Positions 27,998 to 40,162 of a DNA stretch of 64,000 nt are shown one piece after another. The notes beneath the pieces were generated by a model. The model did not search any database and was not told where the DNA came from. It saw only the letters and a program-made list of their open reading frames with translations. A program made the position numbers and the translations under genes. The first letter of the stretch is position 1, and the number at the start of each line of letters is the position of its first letter. Source of the DNA: Eledone cirrhosa (Eukaryota); assembly GCA_964016885.1 (NCBI GenBank), contig OZ024764.1, positions 24,118,001 to 24,182,000 of the forward strand. The letters are read 5' to 3'.

Positions 27998-29498
27998 TCA
28001 TCATCATCATCATCATCATACGTCCACTTTCTCCTACTTGCAAGGGTGGGACGGGTCCTATCCAACACAGCATCTCTCCACTTGTCACGGTCCTTCGTCA
28101 TCTCCTCTGTGAGTTTCAGTGATCTGAGGTCAGCTCTCACCACCTCTGCCCATGTTTTTCGTGGTCTACCTCAACTGTCTCTTCCTTCTACTGGGATTTC
28201 TAGGCATCTCTTTACCCAGCAGTCATCCTCCATGTACATCACATGTCCATACCACCTCAGTCTTCTCTCCCACACACTACAACTTATCACTCTTATACAC
28301 AGTTTCTCTCTCAACACATCACATGTCCATACCATCTCAGTCTACTCTCCCACACACCACAACTTATCCCTCTTATACACAGTTTCTCTCTCAACACATC
28401 ACATGTCCATACCATCTCAGTCTTCTCTCCTGCACACCACAACTTATCCCTCTTATACACAGTTTCTCTCTCACCACATCACATGTCCATACCATCTCAG
28501 TCTTCTCTCCCTCACACCACAACTTATCCCTCTTATACACAGTTTCTCTCTCAACACACAACATGTCCATACCATCTCAGTCTTCTCTCCCACACACAAC
28601 TTATCCCTCTTATACACAGTTTCTCTCTCAACACATCACATATCCATACCATCTCAGTCTTCTCTTCCACACACCACAACTTATCCCTCTTATACACAGT
28701 TTCTCTCTCAACACATCACATGTCCATACCATCTCAGTCTTCTCTCTTGCACACTACATTCTATCCCTCTCAGACACAGTTTCTCTCTCAACACATCACA
28801 TGTCCATACCATCTCAGTCTTCTCTCCCTCACACCACAACTTATCCCTCTGATACCCAGTTTCTCTCTCAACACATCACATGTCCATACCATCTCAGTCT
28901 TCTCTCCCACAAACTACAGTTTATCCCTCTTATACCCAGTTTCTCTCTCAACACATCACATGTCCATACCACCTCAGTCTTCTCTCCCACACACCACAAC
29001 TTATCCCTCTTATATACAGTTTCTCTCTCAACTCATCACATGTCCATACCACCTCAGTCTTCTCTCCCACACACCACAACTTATCCCTCTTATACCCAGT
29101 TTCACTCTCAACACATCCATGCTGGGTCGTTCACGCACATTGACATTGCACATCCAACGGAGCATACTTGCTTCATTTCTCTCCAGCCATCGCATATCCT
29201 CTGCAGTTGCTGCCCATGTCTCACTACCATGCAGCATCGCGCTCCTCAAACAGGTATCATATAACCGTCCTTTCATACGCAGGAAGCAGCTCCCTAAACT
29301 TCTTCCAACCCGTCCTTATTCTAGACACTATGACCTCAGAACACCCTAGGTATCGGAAGCTATCAACTACCTCTATAGAACCCTCCTGCATTTGAAAAAT
29401 GTGTCTCTCACTGCGACCTCTACTGTCAAATTTCCCTGTACATCTACTGTACACATATTTCTCTGTACCTGTTAGTTTGCCTGCTATCCCACCACACG
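27998..29498 (-). mobile_element. 5'-truncated RTE-clade LINE with an internal 80-bp tandem expansion
   Basis: Minus-strand translation gives VDSFRYLG, RIRTGWKKFRELLP, KGRLYDTCLRSAMLHGSETW, ERRLRWYGHV, GRPRKTWAEVVRADL; (GAT)n tail at ~28000-28018. Confidence 0.9.
28237..29118. repeat. 80-bp tandem repeat (~11 copies) inside the RTE ORF
   Basis: Unit CATCACATGTCCATACCATCTCAGTCTTCTCTCCCACACACCACAACTTATCCCTCTTATACACAGTTTCTCTCTCAACA; encodes VWERRLRWYGHV on the minus strand. Confidence 0.95.
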
Positions 29499-29574
29499 TC
29501 TATTATATATATAAAGGTGGTATTGGTGTGACAAATAAAACAAAAGAAAATAATGTTTTTACCCAGTATATTTC

Positions 29575-29817
29575 TGGCAACGAATTGGCAGAGTTGTTAA
29601 GATGTAGCATAGAGTGCTTTACGGTATTTCTCCCACCTCATTGACCGCTCTCAGTTCAAATCCCGACGGGGTCAACTTTGCCTTTCATCCTTTCCAAGTC
29701 AATTAAAAAAAGGACCAGTGCAGTACTGTGGTCGATTCTTCCTCTATAGAAAAAATCTGTTGTGTTTAGACCTGGAGGGGGTTGGGCTCCTCCAGCTTTA
29801 CAAGTGCCCTAGACACG
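29575..29817 (+). mobile_element. tRNA-SINE (degenerate)
   Basis: TGGCAGAGTTGTTAAG head, AGTTCAAATCCCG box B, GCCTTTCATCC core; reverse-complement relative at 59945-60185. Confidence 0.72.
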
Positions 29818-29982
29818 AGATAAAGCCTTTACCGTGAAATTATAATTTCACGGTAAAGGCTTTATCTTACATATTATCTCACATAATATCGAATCTATGA
29901 GATTTTGATGTTATTTATTTTGACAACAATACCTTAACATCAGTATGAGTGGCCAGTTATGGCCGGTTGAAATGCTAAAGGG
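29818..29982 (+). mobile_element. 3' half of the piggyBac-like MITE, preceded by a perfect 50-bp fold-back
   Basis: Ends AAATGCTAAAGGG|TTAA; internal sequence matches 31370-31450 and 39960-40086. Confidence 0.7.
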
Positions 29983-30093
29983 TTAAATTTTAAAAGTATT
30001 ATTGAGTGTAGTTTTGTGCAACTGGTTGAAATACAAGATGGAGGAAAATGGAGAGGAACTATGGGAAGTTGATGAAAAAGTGGTGCAACTTAC

Positions 30094-30174
30094 TGTGTTG
30101 ATACGTGGCGGCACATGATTGTAGGCTGTTACCTGCTTGCTGGCGATTAGAAGGTGCTGCTTGGTGATACGCAA
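30094..30174 (-). CDS. RPGRIP1L: RPGRIP1L coding exon (81 nt, phase 0-0): LRITKQHLLIASKQVTAYNHVPPRINT
   Basis: Acceptor cttttt...tataccag|TTG, donor ACA|gtaagt; resembles the LISAKQQL...TPYNNVQSRINT motif. Confidence 0.9.
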
Positions 30175-30220
30175 CTGGTATATAAAGAGGAAAAAGTCAC
30201 AAGAGACAGTGTGGTGTTAA

Positions 30221-31465
30221 CCCTTTAATATTTACATTACTCTATATATACTATTGTATTGTCACAGTAAAGACTTTACCTTACATAATATCTCACATAA
30301 CATTTACATTACTCTATATATACTATTGTATTGTCACAGTAAAGGCTTTACCTCACATAATATCTCACATAACATTTACATTACTCTATATATACTATTG
30401 TATTGTCACAGTAAAGGCTTTACCTCACATAATATCTCACATAACATTTACATTACTCTATATATACTATTGTATTGTCACAGTAAAGGCTTTACCTCAC
30501 ATAATATCTCACATAACATTTACATTACTCTATATATACTATTGTATTGTCACAGTAAAGGCTTTACCTCACATAATATCTCACATAACATTTACATTAC
30601 TCTATATATACTATTGTATTGTCACAGTAAAGGCTTTACCTCACATAATATCTCACATAACATTTACATTACTCTATATATACTATTGTATTGTCACAGT
30701 AAAGGCTTTACCACACATAATATCTCACATAACATTTACATTACTCTATATATACTATTGTATTTTCACAGTAAAGGCTCTACCTCACATAATATCTCAC
30801 ATAACATTTACATTACTCTATATATACTATTGTATTGTCACAGTAAAGGCTTTACCTCACATAATATCCCACATAACATTTACATTACTCTATATATACT
30901 ATTGTATTTTCACAGTAAAGGCTCTACCTCACATAATATCTAACATAACATTTACATTACTCTATATATACTATTGTATTGTCACAGTAAAGGCTTTACC
31001 TCACATAATATCCCACATAACATTTACATTACTCTATATATACTATTGTATTTTCACAGTAAAGGCTCTACCTCACATAATATCTCACATAACATTTACA
31101 TTACTCTATATATACTATTGTATTGTCACAGTAAAGGCTTTACCTCACATAATATCCCACATAACATTTACATTACTCTATATATACTATTGTATTTTCA
31201 CAGTAAAGGCTTTACCTCACATAATATCTCACATAACATTTACATTACTCTATATATACTATTGTATTTTCACAGTAAAGGCTCTACCTCACATAATATC
31301 TCACATAACATTTACATTACTCTATATATACTATTGTATTTTCACAGTAAAGGCTTTACTTCACATAATGTCAAATTTATGAGATTTCAATGTTATTTAT
31401 GTTGAGAACAATACCTTAACATCAGTATGAAGGGCCAGTTACAGCTGGTTTGAGCAGAAAGAGGT
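30221..31465 (+). mobile_element. piggyBac-like MITE carrying a 72-bp tandem array (~16 copies, 30231-31368)
   Basis: TTAA|CCCTTTA left end; unit TTTACATTACTCTATATATACTATTGTATTGTCACAGTAAAGGCTTTACCTCACATAATATCTCACATAACA; right end degenerate. Confidence 0.8.
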
Positions 31466-31531
31466 GAGAAGATTCTGGCCGGCTACATAGTACATGTAAA
31501 CAATATGTGTGTGTGAGTATGCGTGTACATG

Positions 31532-31985
31532 ATCATCTTCATCATCAGCGTTTAACGTCCATTTTTCCATGCTAGCATGGGTCAGACGGGTTGTTACGTT
31601 TGAGACAAGTTGGGTCCAGAGACCATGTCTTGCTCACAAAGAACTGTTTCTGGCTTCGTTTCTATGGCTGGATGCCCTTCCTAACGCCAACCACATTTAC
31701 AGTGTGTGATGGGTGCTTTTTGTTGTGACACCTACATGACCACTTTACAGTGTGTGATGGGTGCTTTTTGTTGTGACACCTACATGACCACTTTACAGTG
31801 TGGACTGGGTACTTTTTGTTGTGACACCTACATGACCACTTTACAGTGTGGACTGGGTACTTTTTGTTGTGACACCTACATGACCACTTTACAGTGCATA
31901 CTGGGTACTTTTTGTTGTGACACCTACATGACCACTTTACAGTGTGGACTGGGTACTTTTTGTTGTGACACCTACATGACCACCC
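31532..31985 (-). mobile_element. RTE/SINE 3' tail with ~6 copies of the 48-bp unit (31697-31985)
   Basis: Reverse complement of the 26.3-kb tail plus the same 48-mer. Confidence 0.85.
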
Positions 31986-32060
31986 TATATAAAGTACGAG
32001 CGAAACTGTCGACAGTCGGGACTGGGAGAATTTGGGGTAACATTTATCTAGTTGTTCTTT

Positions 32061-32376
32061 ATCATCATCATCATCATCATCACCGTTTTACGTCTGTTCT
32101 TCCACGCAAGCATGAGTTAGACGGATTGCCTTTCCTAACACCAACCTCATTTACAGTGAGTGCTGGGTGCTTTTTTGCCGTGGCACCTCCACGACCACTT
32201 GGCAGTGGAATGATAGGGACCCCAGTCCCTAACCATCTCATTTCTACAGCTGAGTAAACTGGAGCAACGTGATATAAAGTGTCTTGCTCAAGGAAACAAC
32301 ACATCACCCGCTCTGAGAATTGAACTCACAACCTTTCGATTGCAAGCCCAATGCTCTAACCACTGAGCCATGTGCC
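32061..32376 (-). mobile_element. Near full-length tRNA-derived SINE with RTE-type (GAT)n tail
   Basis: Minus strand: box A TGGCTCAGTGG, box B GAGTTCAATTC, CCTTGAGCAAGACACTT core, tail shared with the RTE; near-identical copy at 41863-42203. Confidence 0.85.
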
Positions 32377-32630
32377 TGCACTTACATTTTAAACTTAGTT
32401 CCATTGAAATGATTATTAATCTGGTTATTTTCTACGGACTAAGATTAAAACTGGGTAAATTTTATCTAACAGTTCTTCAAACTTATAATTTTAAATATAT
32501 AATATTTTGTGATGCAAGTGAACTAACCCTTTGCATCACAGGACACCTACCAATCAGGCGAGCACATAAGCCAGCCTGACTTCTTGCTAGTTAGGCAATG
32601 AGACAGACAGATGTCAAATCCTGACTTGCT

Positions 32631-35237
32631 GGCTACTGCCATGGTGTCACCTCTGAGGCTGTGTCACCATTAGTGTCACTAATAACAGGGGACACAAGCT
32701 CTCCTATCCTGATGTACTGGCTACTGCCATGGTGTCACCTCTGAGGCTGTGTCACCACTAGTGTCACTAATAACAGGGGACACAAGCTCTCCTATCCTGA
32801 TGTACTGGCCACTGCCATGGTGTCACCTCTGAGGCTGTGTCACCACTAGTGTCACTAATAACAGGGGACACAAGCTCTCCTATCCTGATGTACTGGCTAC
32901 TGCCATGGTGTCACCTCTGAGGCTGTGTCACCACTAGTGTCACTAATAACAGGGGACACAAGCTCTCCTATCCTGATGTACTGGCCACTGCCATGGTGTC
33001 ACCTCTGAGGCTGTGTCACCACTAGTGTCACTAATAACAGGGGACACAAGCTCCCCTATCCTGATGTACTGGCTACTGCCATGGTGTCACATCTGAGGCT
33101 GTGTCACCACTAGTGTCACTAATAACAGGGGACACAAGCTCTCCTATCCTGATGTACTGGCCACTGCCATGGGGCCACCTCTGAGGCTGTGTCACCATTA
33201 GTATCACTAATAACAGGGGACACAAGCTCTCCTATCCTGATGTACTGGCTACTGCCTTGGTGCCACCTCTGAGGCTGTGTCACCTCTAGTGTTACTAATA
33301 ACAGGGGACACAAGCTCCCCTATCCTGATGTACTGGCCACTGCCATGGTGTCACCTCTGAGGCTGTGTCACCATTAGTGTCACTAATAACAGGGGACACA
33401 AGCTCTCCTATCCTGATGTACTGGCCACTGCCATGGGGCCACCTCTGAGGCTGTGTCACCATTAGTGTCACTAATAACAGGGGACACAAGCTCTCCTATC
33501 CTGATGTACTGGCTACTGCCATGGTGTCACCTCTGAGGCTGTGTCACCACTAGTGTCACTAATAACAGGGCTCACAAGCTCTCCTATCCTGATGTACTTG
33601 CCACTGCCATGGTGTCACCTCTGAGGCTGTGTCACCACTAGTGTCACTAATAACAGGGGACACAAGCTCTCCTATCCTGATGTACTGGCCACTGCCATGG
33701 TGTCACCTCTGAATCTGTGTCACCACTGGGTCACTAATAACAGGGGACACAAGCTCCCCTATCCTGATGTACTGGCTACTGCCATGGTGTTACCTCTGAG
33801 GCTGTGTCACCACTAGTGTCACTAATAACAGGGGACACAAGCTCCCCTATCCTGATGTACTTGCCACTGCCATGGTGTCACCTCTGAGGCTGTGTCACCA
33901 CTAGTGTCACTAATAACAGGGGACACAAGCTCCCCTATCCTGATGTACTTTCCACTGCCATGGTGCCACCTCTGAGGCTGTGTCACCACTAGTGTCACTA
34001 ATAACAGGGGACACAAGCTCTCCTATCCTGATGTACTGGTCACTGCCATGGTGTTACCTCTGAGGCTGTGTCACCTCTAGTGTCACTAATAACAGGGGAC
34101 ACAAGCTCTCCTATCCTGATGTACTGGTCACTGCCATGGTGTCACCTCTGAGGCTGTGTCACCTCTAGTGTCACTAATAACAGGGGACACAAGCTCTCCT
34201 ATCCTGATGTACTGGTCACTGCCATGGTGTCACCTCTGAGGCTGTGTCACCTCTAGTGTCACTAATAACAGGGGACACAAGCTCTCCTATCCTGATGTAC
34301 TGGTCACTGCCATGGTGTCACCTCTGAGGCTGTGTCACCTCTAGTGTCACTAATAACAGGGGACACAAGCTCTCCTATCCTGATGTACTGGTCACTGCCA
34401 TGGTGTCACCTCTGAGGCTGTGTCACCTCTAGTGTCACTAATAACAGGGGACACAAGCTCTCCTATCCTGATGTACTGGCCACTGCCATGGTGTCACCTC
34501 TGAGGCTGTGTCACCATTAGTGTCACTAATAACAGGGGACACAAGCTCTCCTATCCTGATGTACTGGCCACTGCCACGGTGCCACCTCTGAGGCTGTGTC
34601 ACCACTAGTGTCACTAATAACAGGGGACACAAGCTCTCCTATCCTGATGTACTTGCCACTGCCATGGTGCCACCTCTGAGGCTGTGTCACCACTGGGTCA
34701 CTAATAATAGGGGACACAAGCTCTCCTATCCTCATGTATTGGCTACTGCCATGGTGTCACCTCTAAATCTGTGTCACCACTGGGTCACTAATAATAGGGG
34801 ACACAAGCTCTCCTATCCTCATGTATTGGCTACTGCCATGGTGTCACCTCTGAGGCTGTGTCACCTCTAGTGTCACTAATAACAGGGGACACAAGCTCTC
34901 CTATCCTGATGTACTGGCCACTGCCATGGTGTCACCTCTGAGGCTGTGTCACCTCTAGTGTCACTAATAACAGGGGACACATGCTCTCCTATCCTGATGT
35001 ACTGGCCACTGCCATGGTGTCACCTCTGAGGCTGTGTCACCACTAGTGTCACTAATAATAGGGGACACAAGCTCTCCTATCCTCATGTATTGGCTACTGC
35101 CATGGTGTCACCTCTGAGGCTGTGTCACCACTAGTGTCACTAATAACAGGGGACACAAGCTCTCCTATCCTGATGTACTGACCACTGCCATGGTGCCACC
35201 TCTGAGCCTGTGTCACCTCTAGTGTCACTAATAACAG
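32631..35237. repeat. 88-bp minisatellite, ~30 copies
   Basis: Unit GGCTACTGCCATGGTGTCACCTCTGAGGCTGTGTCACCACTAGTGTCACTAATAACAGGGGACACAAGCTCTCCTATCCTGATGTACT. Confidence 0.97.
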
Positions 35238-35422
35238 CAATGAACGACAAACCCATGTGGAGATCAATTGTTGAGTCAATTTCAGCTGAGGCCACAGGAT
35301 GATGTGTGTGTATACATATATGTGTGTATACATGTATGTATGTGTATACATGTATGTATGTGTATACATGTATGTGTATATATATATGTATCAGTGTGTA
35401 TATATATATATGTATCAGTGAG

Positions 35423-35455
<33 letters not shown>

Positions 35456-35499
35456 CAGTGTGTATGTATGTGTATATATATATATCAGTGTGTATGTAT

Positions 35500-36390
35500 G
35501 AATCAATTTGTATATATTGTTTATGATACATGTTAATACACTGTTAACGTTTTATCATTGTATTTTATTGTGACATCTATATTGTTTCTGTAAATTAACC
35601 GGGGATTATCTATTTTATTATATTATATTGAATTGTATAATTTTGTTGTTTATTATTTGTTATATGTGTTTCTTGTAATTATATCATATTATTGCCTCAT
35701 GTATATTGGGTAGATGTATTAGTATTATTTTCACTCTTACCATGCTTATTTTTAATATTCAAACTTCTAATTGGGCTTAATTTTTGTGTAGTCGAACATA
35801 GATGTGTGGGTTGTTATATGTGTGGGTTGTTATATGTGTGTGTGTGTGTGTGTGCGCACATATATACATGTATATACTGTACCTTTTGATTTTTAAATTG
35901 GAATTTTAATGTTGGTAAAAGTATATTATTATTATAATGTATTATATTGTGTTATATATAATTCCTGCTCTATATAACCAAATTTGTTTAGATTTAGGTT
36001 GGTTGCTTTGGACTATATTTGTAATATAGTTCTTAATGTTATCTACATCCTTAGCTATTCTTATTATATATTTTTATTATTTTTATCTTTATTTTCATTT
36101 TTATTATCATATATTTTTGTAAGACATTAGTGTATGTACACTCCATATTCTTCAGAGTTTCTGGCTTGTATCTGCCGATATTACCTCTTGTTGTTTTGAT
36201 TGCCCTGATGAGTCCTTAATAGGACGAAACATTGTCGGCTAATAAAAACTTTTGATGTATTAAAGGATTCTTTGTTTTACTCTCTTAATTTTTTGGCTCT
36301 GTTTAACTGCATTGAGCTATACCTTTTACTGTCATTTCTATAATACGAAGAGGGTGTTTGACTCAAACACGCTCCAGTATTCTAATCCTT
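35500..36390 (+). mobile_element. Penelope-like pseudo-LTR remnant
   Basis: T-rich segment between (TA)n tracts ending in a minimal hammerhead ribozyme, AATAAA and a short tail; typical PLE pLTR layout. Confidence 0.6.
36198..36244 (+). ncRNA. Minimal type I hammerhead ribozyme
   Basis: GCC-CTGATGA-GTCC(ttaata)GGAC-GAAA-CATTGTC-GGC: intact core, stem II, ACA/TGT stem III, GUC cleavage triplet, stem I GCC/GGC. Confidence 0.88.
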
Positions 36391-36417
36391 GTGTATATAT
36401 ATATATCAGTGTGTATG

Positions 36418-36450
<33 letters not shown>

Positions 36451-36499
36451 CAGTGTGTATGTATGTGTGTATATATATATATATCAGTGTTTATGTATG

Positions 36500-36540
<41 letters not shown>

Positions 36541-36802
36541 TAGAATAATCGAGTATCGAAAAATCGGCGCACGAGTTCACGATAAACAAAATTCGAAATG
36601 AGCAGCAGAGGGCTCAATAATTCAGATAAATCAGAGCTATAACTATCGTTAAAATACCGTCACACATAGAACAAGTCTATAATCAACCATACGACCGAAA
36701 AATTGCGATCTGGAAGATTCGGGACACTCAGATAAAATATCAATAAATCAATAAATCAAATGAATATATATATATATATATCAGTGTGTATATATATATA
36801 TG

Positions 36803-37409
36803 TCAGGTCACCAGTTGGTACTACTGGTAACATGTATCCCAGTACAACCTGTCTCATGGTCGGGTCGTTGGCGACTAAACTGGCAACCCCACCAAGGTTT
36901 CTTGGTGAGGAGGGTGACTTTGGACATCCTACAGGACTAAAAACAAAACCTGTCAAAGGGCAAAGGACCTCTTAAGAGTCAATGGCCATCCAAAATCACC
37001 AGGAGAGATGACCCCTTAGCCTTTGTCAAGGCAGAATTCTAGGAGAAGGAAAACTCTGATATAACACCTGCAACCCTGATGGTATCCAATGATGTTGACT
37101 TGTTCTTCTTTTTGGTAAATATCATCTTGGTTAAGAGAGTGGGACTGGCTTTGTGCAGTGCCTTTGCTCACTATAAAAGATTCACGGCACAAGCATTGCT
37201 TTATATCTGGAGATCTCATGCACTTGTCGTCACAGGGTACCATGGGCCCTGCACTATGTGTCAATAATTGTCACAAGTGCAGTGTTTGTACCAGAGTCTT
37301 CAAGTCGCTGGCTGGACTAAAAAGCCACACTCGTTCAGCGCATCGGTAGGGGTTCTCCTACACGGATATAAAGTAGTGGCCGTACTCGAAAACGAGTTGG
37401 CAGCCACCA
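36803..37409 (+). mobile_element. Internally deleted (bipartite) RTE/BovB-like non-autonomous LINE
   Basis: RTE-like 5' UTR fused to a C-terminal C2H2 finger (CSVCTRVFKSLAGLKSHTRSAH) and a 3' hairpin CTCGAAAACGAG before (TA)n. Confidence 0.55.
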
Positions 37410-37416
37410 TATATAT

Positions 37417-37453
<37 letters not shown>

Positions 37454-37524
37454 TGTTTATGTATGTGTATATATATATATATATCAGTGTGTATGTATGT
37501 GTATATATATATATCAGTGTGGAT

Positions 37525-38878
37525 GTCATCATCATCACCGTTTTATGTCCGTTCTTCCATGCTAGCATGGGTTAGATGGGTTGTCCTGTTGTGGGCAGTA
37601 TCTGGTCGACTGACCATGCCTTGCTCATACAGGAACTGATCTGGCTAGATTTCTACAGCTGGAGGCCCTTCCTAACACCAACCTCATTTACAGTGAGCGC
37701 TGGGTGCCTTATTTTCCGTGGCGCCTACACGTCCACTTTACAGTGTGGGCTGGGTGCTTTTTTGCCGTGGCACCTCCACGACCACCTTGCGGTGGGGGGG
37801 GGGCATATTGTCTATATGCTTCAGCTTGTACCCATGGGAGGTCGGGTACTCTGTATTACTGCGTGACGCCAGAGGTCACGGTCGTGTGTCATCGCCTTTG
37901 AGAGGTGTAATTGGGTAAGGTCGGCTTTTATCCCCTTATCCCAGGTCATCTTGGGTCTCCCCACTCCACGGTTTCCATCGACTTCTAGTGCTCTGCACCT
38001 TTTTATGCAGCTGTCATCCTTCATACGCATCACATGTCCATACCAACGCAACCGCCTCTCCTGCACACAGCATTTGATTCCTATTATTCTCAGTCTCTCT
38101 CTCAATTCATTTATGCTTTGTCGTTCGCGTATATTACTATTACACATCCATCGGAGCATGCAGACTTCGTTTCTCTCTAATCTACGTAAGTCTTCCACCT
38201 TCAGCACCCAGGTCTCACTACCATGCAACATCGCTGTTCGGATACACACATCATACAGTCTGCCTTTCATTTTGAGGGAGAAGCCTTTTGCAGCTAACAG
38301 TGGCAGTAGTTCCCTGAACTTCTTCCATCCCGTTCTTACCCTAGTTATTGTACTTTCTGAACATCCACCTCCGCTACTAATTCGGTCACCTAGGTAGCAG
38401 AAGCTGTCTACTGTGTCTACAGAGCCCTCCCAGAGATTGGTGGTACTTGTTTCCTGTGGCTGTTTGCTGCTTGCTGTCCCAGCACAGCTGCTACATGTGA
38501 AGCCTACATTCTTAGTTAAGCTTCCTGAGATCCCGCTACATCTCTTGTGTACCCATTGTTTACATTTGCGGCAGAGAATGGAGTTCCTACCTACACCTTT
38601 CCTACGTACTGAGCAAGGCCATTTCCCTGAGGGCATCTGGGTTCTGTTTTCTCGTCTACTTACAAGGACCTTAGTCTTTGTCAGGTTGACTTTGAGACCC
38701 TTTCTTTCTAGTCCCTGCTTCCAATTTTGGAATTTCTTCTCTAGTTCTACCATAGATTCAGCTATAAGTGCGAGGTCATCAGCATACAGGAGTTCCCATG
38801 GGCATCCGGTCTTAAACTCCTCCGTTATTGCCTGCAGGACTATGATGAACAGGAGAGGATAAGAACAGAGCCCTGGTG
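37525..38878 (-). mobile_element. 5'-truncated RTE-clade LINE (RT C-terminal half, 3' UTR, (GAT)n tail)
   Basis: HQGSVL/PLLF (frameshift), ELLYADD, GLKVNLTKTK, FCYLG, LHGSETW, ERRLRWYGHV, GRPKMTW; stop at 37821; 3' UTR shared with SINEs. Confidence 0.93.
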
Positions 38879-38931
38879 TATGTATGTGTATATATATATA
38901 TATCAGTGTGTATGTATGTACATTACCATAC

Positions 38932-39035
38932 CTTCTCTTTAAGTTGTTTGTTCTGCCTTTCAGATGTGTACAGTTTGTTTTCCATGTCACTAACAATTTC
39001 CTGATTTGAGCTAACACCAGTCACCATCATCTTGC
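38932..39035 (-). CDS. RPGRIP1L: RPGRIP1L coding exon (104 nt, phase 1-0): (G)KMMVTGVSSNQEIVSDMENKLYTSERQNKQLKEK
   Basis: Acceptor ttttctctatattcag|GC, donor AAG|gtatgg; coiled coil resembling ELEKQNETLK. Confidence 0.87.
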
Positions 39036-39087
39036 CTGAATATAGAGAAAATAAGTTTAAAGTCTGTCTCGAACACAAAGGCATTAA

Positions 39088-40086
39088 CCCTTTACCATTT
39101 ACATTACTCTATATATACTATTGTATTTTCACAGTAAAGGCTTTACCTCACATAATATCTCATATAACATCTACATTACTCTATATATACTATTGTATTT
39201 TCACAGTAAAGGCTTTACCTCACATAATATCTCATATAACATCTACATTACTCTATATTTACTATTGTATTGTCACAGTAAAGGCTTTACCTCACATAAT
39301 ATCTCACATAACATTTACATTACTCTATATATACTATTGTATTTTCACAGTAAAGGCTTTACCTCACATAATATCTCATATAACATCTACATTACTCTAT
39401 ATATACTATTGTATTTTCACAGTAAAGGCTTTACCTCACATAATATCTCATATAACATCTACATTACTCTATATATACTATTGTATTTTCACAGTAAAGG
39501 CTTTACCTCACATAATACCTCACATAACATTTACATTACTCTATATATACTATTGTATTGTCACAGTAAAGGCTTTACCTCACATAATATCTCACATAAC
39601 ATTTACATTACTCTATATTTACTATTGTATTTTCACAGTAAAGGCTTTACCTCACATAATATCTCATATAACATCTACATTACTCTATATATACTATTGT
39701 ATTATCACAGTAAAGGCTTTACCTCACATAATATCTCACATAACATTTACATTACTCTATATATACTATTGTATTTTCACAGTAAAGGCTTTACCTCACA
39801 TAATATCTCACATAACATTTACATTACTCTATATATACTATTGTATTTTCAGAGTAAATGCTTTACCTCACATAATATCTCACATAACATTTACATTACT
39901 CTATATATACTATTGTATTGTCACAGTAAATGCTTTACCTCAAATAATATCTCAAATAATATCGTATCTCCAAGATTTAGATATTGTTTATTTTGAGGAC
40001 AATACCTTAATATCAGTATGAGTGGCCAGTTACAGAAAGCAGTGAAAGAATTCTGGCTCGATACGGCCAGTTTAAATGCTAAGGAG
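39088..40086 (+). mobile_element. piggyBac-like MITE with 72-bp tandem array (~12 copies, 39098-39960)
   Basis: TTAA|CCCTTTACCATTT ... AAATGCTAAGGAG|TTAA: imperfect TIRs and TTAA TSD; same 72-mer as at 30.2 kb. Confidence 0.85.
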
Positions 40087-40162
40087 TTAAGCTGCTTACC
40101 TCTGGATACTTCGAGATCCACCAGTTGGAGTGTTGGATACAATGTCCCAGTTGGTCACCTAC

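Noticed and set aside
36806-36890. Possible HDV-like ribozyme at the 5' end of the bipartite RTE
   Set aside because: Stems and a CUAA motif are present, but I could not assemble the nested double pseudoknot by eye; it needs a descriptor or covariance search.
38879-39017. N-terminus of the 398-aa ORF as an RTE start or exon-LINE fusion
   Set aside because: It reads the RPGRIP1L exon out of frame and passes through microsatellite; the LINE is simply 5'-truncated.
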